Notes under the pieces: generated by a model
Told to the model about the DNA's origin: nothing
Database searches by the model: none
Seen by the model: only the letters and a program-made list of their open reading frames with translations
Program-made: the position numbers and the translations under genes
Assembly (NCBI GenBank): GCA_011525365.1
Contig: WTGQ01000002.1
Span: 3,745,941 to 3,809,940, forward strand
DNA: 64,000 nt
From: Acidobacteriota bacterium
Lineage (GTDB): Bacteria > Acidobacteriota > Thermoanaerobaculia > Multivoradales > Multivoraceae
Direction of reading: 5' to 3'
Shown: positions 59,853 through 64,000 of the stretch, in pieces
How the letters are laid out: each line of letters opens with the position of its first letter
Position numbering within the stretch: the stretch's first letter is position 1

Positions 59853-61061
59853 CTAGAGGGGCAGCACCTCGCAGGACTCCCCGGCCACGGCCGGGGCGCT
59901 GAACTTCGGCACCCGCACCAGGCCCGAACCTGCTCCGTACGCAACCAGGTCGTGGGAGCCCAGCGGCGGCCGCGGGTCGACCAGCACTTCGCCGGACGAG
60001 ACCTCCAGCCGGCACGGCAGGAACCGGTCCCGGCCTTTGGCGAACGGCAGGTCTCCCTTGAGCCTCCCGCGGAGCGCTCCCCGCCAGAAGCCGTCGGCAA
60101 TGCCGGCCATCCGCCGAAGCAGCGGCCGCACCAGGAGCCAGTAGGTGACCATCGCCGAAGCGGGGTTGCCGGGAAGGCCGAACACCCATCCTCGATCATG
60201 GCGCGCCGCCACCAGCGGTTTCCCCGGCTGGATCGCGACCGCGTCGAACAGGATGCGGCAGCCCAGGCCGGTGTCGCCGAGAACCTGCTCGACGAAGTCG
60301 AACTCGCCCATGGAAACGCCGCCGGAGATCAACAGCACGTCGGAGTCCAGCCCGCGCTCGACCTTGGCGCGTAGCTCGTCCGGGTCGTCGCGGGCGATGC
60401 CCAGGGATCGAGCCTCGATGCCGAGCTGTGCCAGCGCGGCGCGGAGGAAGTCACGGTGGGAGTCGCGGAGCTGACCGGGACCGGGTTCAGCCTCGGCGGG
60501 GACGACCTCGTCGCCGGTGGAGAGCGTGGCGACGGTCGGGCGGCGGTAGACCGGCGCTTCGTGGATGCCGTGGGTCGCCAGCACGCCGGCGCCGCCGGGG
60601 GTCAGCAGTTCACCCTCCGCGAGCAGTGGCCCGCCGGCAGCCGTGACTTCGGCCTGGCGGCGGATGTGGCTTCCCGCCGGCACCGTCTCCACGATGCGGA
60701 GGGTGCCCGTGCCTGCGTCGCCGGCCTCGAACTCGGTCTGTTCGATCGGGATCACGCGGTCGGCGCCGGAGGGTGCGGGCGCTCCGGTCATGATCCGCAG
60801 GGCAGCGCCGGAGAGGAGTTCCGCTCCGGGAGGGTCGCCGGCGGCGACGATGCCGTCGACCGGCAGCGTGCCGCCCGCCTCGACATCGCCGCCAAGCGCG
60901 AAACCGTCCATCGCCGAGACGTCGTGGGCAGGCACGTCGACGGTCGCGGTCAGGTCCTCGGCGAGGACCCGGCCGACCGCAGCGGCGCGCGCCACCTGTT
61001 CGATGCCGAGCGTTTCCGCCTCCGTGGCGATGGCGGACCAGGCGTCTTCGGGAGAGAGCAT
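59853..61061 (-). CDS. moeA: Molybdopterin molybdenumtransferase
   Basis: MoeA N-terminal, MoCF-binding (GGVSMGEFD) and C-terminal domains; 402 aa. Confidence 0.85.
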   Translation of the reverse strand: MLSPEDAWSAIATEAETLGIEQVARAAAVGRVLAEDLTATVDVPAHDVSAMDGFALGGDVEAGGTLPVDGIVAAGDPPGAELLSGAALRIMTGAPAPSGADRVIPIEQTEFEAGDAGTGTLRIVETVPAGSHIRRQAEVTAAGGPLLAEGELLTPGGAGVLATHGIHEAPVYRRPTVATLSTGDEVVPAEAEPGPGQLRDSHRDFLRAALAQLGIEARSLGIARDDPDELRAKVERGLDSDVLLISGGVSMGEFDFVEQVLGDTGLGCRILFDAVAIQPGKPLVAARHDRGWVFGLPGNPASAMVTYWLLVRPLLRRMAGIADGFWRGALRGRLKGDLPFAKGRDRFLPCRLEVSSGEVLVDPRPPLGSHDLVAYGAGSGLVRVPKFSAPAVAGESCEVLPL

Positions 61062-61182
61062 GGCGGGGTTGTTACCTGAGCGATCGGCCCGCCGTCAACG
61101 CAACGACTCCCACAACGCCCTCCGCGTCGATTAGCAGTCCTCGCGGGAGACTGCCAACCAACTGCTACAATCCCGCGCCGCG

Positions 61183-61527
61183 ATGCCCCTGTACGAGTAC
61201 CAGTGCACCGAGTGCGAGGCGACCCTGGAGGCCATCCAGGCGTTCTCCGCGCCGCCGCTCGAGGAGTGCCCCGAGTGCGGCCGGTCCAGCCTCAAGAAGC
61301 TGCTCTCGGCCCCCGCGTTCCAGTTCAAGGGCAGCGGATGGTACGTCAACGACTACGCTCGCAAGGACAACGGCAACGGCAAGAAGTCCGACGGCGACGC
61401 CACCAACGGCAAGCCGGCCACCTCCGAAGCGTCGTCGGACCAGGGCAAGAAGTCGGACCAGGGCAAGAAGTCGAGCGACTCGACGTCCTCGAAGAGCGAA
61501 ACCTCAAACTCCGCCGCTACGCCATAG
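61183..61527 (+). CDS. FmdB-family zinc-ribbon protein with Ser/Lys-rich tail
   Basis: MPLYEYQCTECEATLE...CPECG matches the FmdB CxxC-x(n)-CxxC pattern. Confidence 0.7.
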   Translation: MPLYEYQCTECEATLEAIQAFSAPPLEECPECGRSSLKKLLSAPAFQFKGSGWYVNDYARKDNGNGKKSDGDATNGKPATSEASSDQGKKSDQGKKSSDSTSSKSETSNSAATP

Positions 61528-61589
61528 CGGCAGCGAGACCGGGTCCGCACGGCGTTGACACGAATCTCGTGTTCTCCTAGTCTCGTGCC

Positions 61590-61832
61590 GTGAAGAACAT
61601 CACCGTCACCCTGCCTGAAGAGGACGCGCTCTGGGTCCGCGTTCGCGCCGCCGAGAACGGGCGCAGCGTTTCGCGCTGGTTGGCCGATCTGCTCCAGGGA
61701 ATGAGGCGTCAGGAAGATCGCTACGAGGTCGCCATGGAACGGGCCCTCGCCATCGAGCCCGAGCCGCTCAACCAGAGCGGGAATGCGTACCCCTCCCGCG
61801 ATTCGCTCCACGACCGTGACGGTCTTCGTTGA
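61590..61832 (+). CDS. vapB: Ribbon-helix-helix antitoxin (VapB-like)
   Basis: 80 aa; ITVTLPEEDALWVRVRAAENGRSVSRWLADLL is an RHH/CopG-type fold. Immediately upstream of a PIN-domain gene. Confidence 0.65.
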   Translation: MKNITVTLPEEDALWVRVRAAENGRSVSRWLADLLQGMRRQEDRYEVAMERALAIEPEPLNQSGNAYPSRDSLHDRDGLR

Positions 61833-62274
61833 CACGAACGTCCTCGTCTACAGGCACGATTCGTCCGATCCGGCGAAGCAGGCCCGTGCCGACGAGTGGT
61901 ACGCCTACCTCTGGCGCAGCCGCACCGCGCGGCTGAGCGTTCAGGTCCTGCAGGAGCTCTACGCCACCCTCTCGCGGAAGCTGAAACCGGGCATGGAGGC
62001 CGACAAAGCCCGGCGGATCGTGCGGGCCCTGGGCGCCTGGGAGCCGGTAGGAATCGATCTTGCGATGATCGAGAAGGCTTGGATCCTCGAACAGCGCAAC
62101 TCGCTCTCCTGGTGGGACGCACTGATCGTGGCGGCTGCGCAGACGTCCGAGTGCGAGATCCTCCTGACCGAGGACCTGCAGGACGGCCAGACGTTCGGAG
62201 GACTCCGGGTCGTCAATCCGTTCGCGTCGGCCAGCCTGACGCCGGAAGAGGTCCTCCGCGCGGCTACGGAATGA
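61816..62274 (+). CDS. vapC: PIN-domain ribonuclease toxin (VapC-like)
   Basis: VFVDTNVLVY...D acidic residues in PIN positions. GTG at 61816 overlaps the vapB stop by 17 nt; the ATG at 61783 is the alternative start. Confidence 0.75.
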   Translation: MTVFVDTNVLVYRHDSSDPAKQARADEWYAYLWRSRTARLSVQVLQELYATLSRKLKPGMEADKARRIVRALGAWEPVGIDLAMIEKAWILEQRNSLSWWDALIVAAAQTSECEILLTEDLQDGQTFGGLRVVNPFASASLTPEEVLRAATE

Positions 62275-62289
62275 ACTGCGGCCCGGCGC

Positions 62290-62389
62290 TTGGCGGAAGC
62301 GCATGGGAATCGAACCCACCCCCGGAGACGCATCACGCCCCGGACAACGGTTTTGAAGACCGCAGGAGGCACCAGCCCCCGAGCGCTTC
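62290..62389 (-). tRNA. selC: tRNA-Sec (selenocysteine, anticodon UCA)
   Basis: Manual fold on the minus strand gives an 8-bp acceptor stem (GGAAGCGC/GCGCTTCC), a 6-bp D-stem with 4-nt loop (GGGGGC-TGGT-GCCTCC), an anticodon loop CTTCAAA (anticodon UCA), a long variable arm, a T-arm GTGGG-TTCGATT-CCCAT, discriminator G and an encoded CCA. Length ~100 nt, as for bacterial tRNA-Sec. Confidence 0.75.
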
Positions 62390-62443
62390 CGCGGTCAGCA
62401 TATCCTCGGCCCTCCGACCCGGAACCAAACGAGGAACACCGTC

Positions 62444-63043
62444 ATGACGATCCCGATCGCCGGCCCGCGGGGCCGGGCACCAGCTCTCGGTCTCACGCTC
62501 CTGCTGCTGGCGTGCGGCGCCGACGCCCCGGCTGAGGGGGGAGGCGCCCAGGAGGCCACGGCGGCCGTCGAGCTCTCCGAGCCGATCAGCGCCAACGGAC
62601 TGTCAATCGCCCTTCCCGCGGCATGGAATCGCCTCGAGCCCAGGTCGGCGATGCGCATGCTCGAAGCCGAGATCCCGGGCTCGGGCGGTGCGGGGGAGAT
62701 CTCGGCGTACTACTTCGGGCCCGGCGGGGGCGGCGGCGCGGCGGCAAACGTCGAGCGCTGGAAGAGCCAGGTCGTCCTCGAACCCGGCGCCCCGGAACCC
62801 ACTACGCAGAGCCGCGAGAGCGGCGGCGTCCGCCGCACCTGGATCGAGCTGGAGGGAACGGTCAAGGCGAGCACGATCGGCAGCTTCCCGACGACCGACC
62901 TGCACGATGGAGCGCTCTTCGGGGCGGTGATCGAAGCGCCCGGCGGCCCCTGGTATCTACGCGCCGTGGGCCCGGGCGCGACGATGCGCGAGCAGCGTCA
63001 GGCCTTCCTGGCGATGCTCGACAGCGCGCGACCCGAAGGCTAG
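62444..63043 (+). CDS. Lipoprotein, unknown function
   Basis: Lipobox LTLLLLACGADAP and a Gly-rich segment; 199 aa. Confidence 0.5.
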   Translation: MTIPIAGPRGRAPALGLTLLLLACGADAPAEGGGAQEATAAVELSEPISANGLSIALPAAWNRLEPRSAMRMLEAEIPGSGGAGEISAYYFGPGGGGGAAANVERWKSQVVLEPGAPEPTTQSRESGGVRRTWIELEGTVKASTIGSFPTTDLHDGALFGAVIEAPGGPWYLRAVGPGATMREQRQAFLAMLDSARPEG

Positions 63044-63097
63044 GAGCTAGTCGAAACCCAGAGCACCGCCCTTGCGAAACCGGGCGCGGCCGAAACG

Positions 63098-63173
<76 letters not shown>

Positions 63174-63210
63174 ACGTTCGGCGGCGCGCGAGTGTAGCAG
63201 CCGCGCACCC

Positions 63211-63762
63211 TCAGAAGTGGTACGCCACTCCGGCGTGAACCGTGGCGTGGGTGCTGGAGGCGTCGAGGTCCGCGTAGTGGCCCACCAGCTCGACCACTAC
63301 CGAGAACCGCTCGTTGATCGGAAAGTCGCCCGTCACGCCCAGGGTCAGGCCGACTCCCTCGTCGCTCTCGACGCCGTCGTCGAGCTGGTACACGCCGAGA
63401 CCCATGAACACGCCCGATTCGTAGTAGAGGTCGTTGAAACGGTATTCGCCCGCGATCGTCGCGTAGCGGAAAGTGGGGCTGGCCAAAGTGCCGACCTGGT
63501 CGCCGCTGAGATCCATGCTGCCGAGGCGGACGCCGACCGAAGTGCGCGGCTGGGTCCGCCAGGAGAAGCTCGCCAGGAACCCCGCGTGGTCGAGGCCGCC
63601 GTCTGGCTCTCCATCCACGCTGCCGCCGAAGCTCGGTCCGAGCGAGAGGGTGTAGCTGTATTGCCCCTGGGCGCCGGCGCTCGCCGCGCCCGCGAGCAGC
63701 ATGAGGACTGTCGCCAGCGCGGGCACGACGGCGGCGCGAAGCTTTCGTTTCCGTGACGTCAA
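63211..63762 (-). CDS. Small outer-membrane beta-barrel protein (OmpA/OmpW-like barrel family)
   Basis: Signal peptide, alternating hydrophobic beta-strand pattern and a C-terminal ...GVAYHF aromatic terminus. Confidence 0.65.
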   Translation of the reverse strand: MTSRKRKLRAAVVPALATVLMLLAGAASAGAQGQYSYTLSLGPSFGGSVDGEPDGGLDHAGFLASFSWRTQPRTSVGVRLGSMDLSGDQVGTLASPTFRYATIAGEYRFNDLYYESGVFMGLGVYQLDDGVESDEGVGLTLGVTGDFPINERFSVVVELVGHYADLDASSTHATVHAGVAYHF

Positions 63763-64000
63763 GAGAGTCTCCTTGGTCCGCGCGCCGGGCAGTATAGACG
63801 CGGGCCGAATCCGTCCTGGTCGGTAGGAATGACCGCAGACGGCCCATCCACCCGAAGAAGACTGCCCATCTGTTTCTACGGATCAGCAGCGCAAAACGTC
63901 TGTCGGCTGGCGCGGCGTTTCCTGACCTTCGCCACCTGGATGCTGCTGCCACGGCCCTGCCTCGCCTGCTCGGCCCCGGCCGAACGGGAACTCGGGCTGT

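Noticed and set aside
58150-60374. ORFs 58150..60189 (-, 679 aa) and 58542..60374 (+, alternative frame)
   Set aside because: The minus ORF is antisense to gspF/pilC, and the plus ORF is an out-of-frame read across gspF and moeA. Both are Arg/Gly/Pro-rich.

Overview
This is a 64 kb window from a very high-GC (~70%) bacterial chromosome. It is densely packed with about 70 genes, mostly housekeeping, with several accessory-looking islands. I found no CRISPR array, transposase or prophage.

Organisation (all calls are from reading the translations; no database search was possible):
- **Left end, minus strand:** nadK-tlyA-ispA-trm112, then a divergent PagL-like lipid A deacylase / GT2 glycosyltransferase pair. 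After these come the rny-ymdB operon (rny upstream) and zapA-(coiled-coil protein)-rplT-rpmI.
- **thrS region:** two tRNA-Val genes precede thrS. Where infC normally sits between thrS and rpmI there is instead a 1282-aa secreted protein. It has two tandem Cys-containing domains, about ten plant-type leucine-rich repeats and a C-terminal reprolysin-like zinc metalloprotease. No infC is present in the window.
- **Middle:** ilvA, a CNNM/CorC transporter, proS, a TPR protein, and an ECF sigma / anti-sigma / bactofilin-like membrane protein operon. Then a System I cytochrome c maturation operon (ccmABDEFGHI) that apparently lacks ccmC.
- **Redox/secreted cluster (29.3-36.3 kb, minus strand):** thiE, a monoheme cytochrome c fused to a W-terminated domain, a pentaheme cytochrome c, and a secreted protein carrying the same Cys domain as the LRR protease. 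These are followed by an extremely acidic (DEG)n-repeat lipoprotein, a 2OG-Fe(II) oxygenase, a tiny membrane ORF and aroK.
- **Right half:** accBC, two paralogous Big/PKD lipoproteins, relA/spoT, secDF-yajC, tgt, a LolA-like protein, an HD phosphohydrolase, trmB, manC, a nitroreductase, a DsbA-like protein, holB and tmk.
- **Candidate tailoring trio (53.8-57.8 kb):** an asparagine-synthetase-like protein lacking the N-terminal Cys nucleophile, a small radical SAM protein and a flavin-halogenase-family protein. I rate this the most promising candidate for an undescribed system.
- **Right end:** gspF/pilC, moeA, an FmdB zinc-ribbon protein, a VapBC toxin-antitoxin pair immediately followed by a tRNA-Sec(UCA), two lipoproteins, tRNA-Ala(GGC) and an outer-membrane beta-barrel protein.

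Many ORF-track entries are antisense or out-of-frame shadows typical of high-GC DNA. Several true starts are GTG/TTG codons overlapping the upstream stop (GTGA/ATGA coupling), so ORF-track N-termini are often over-extended.
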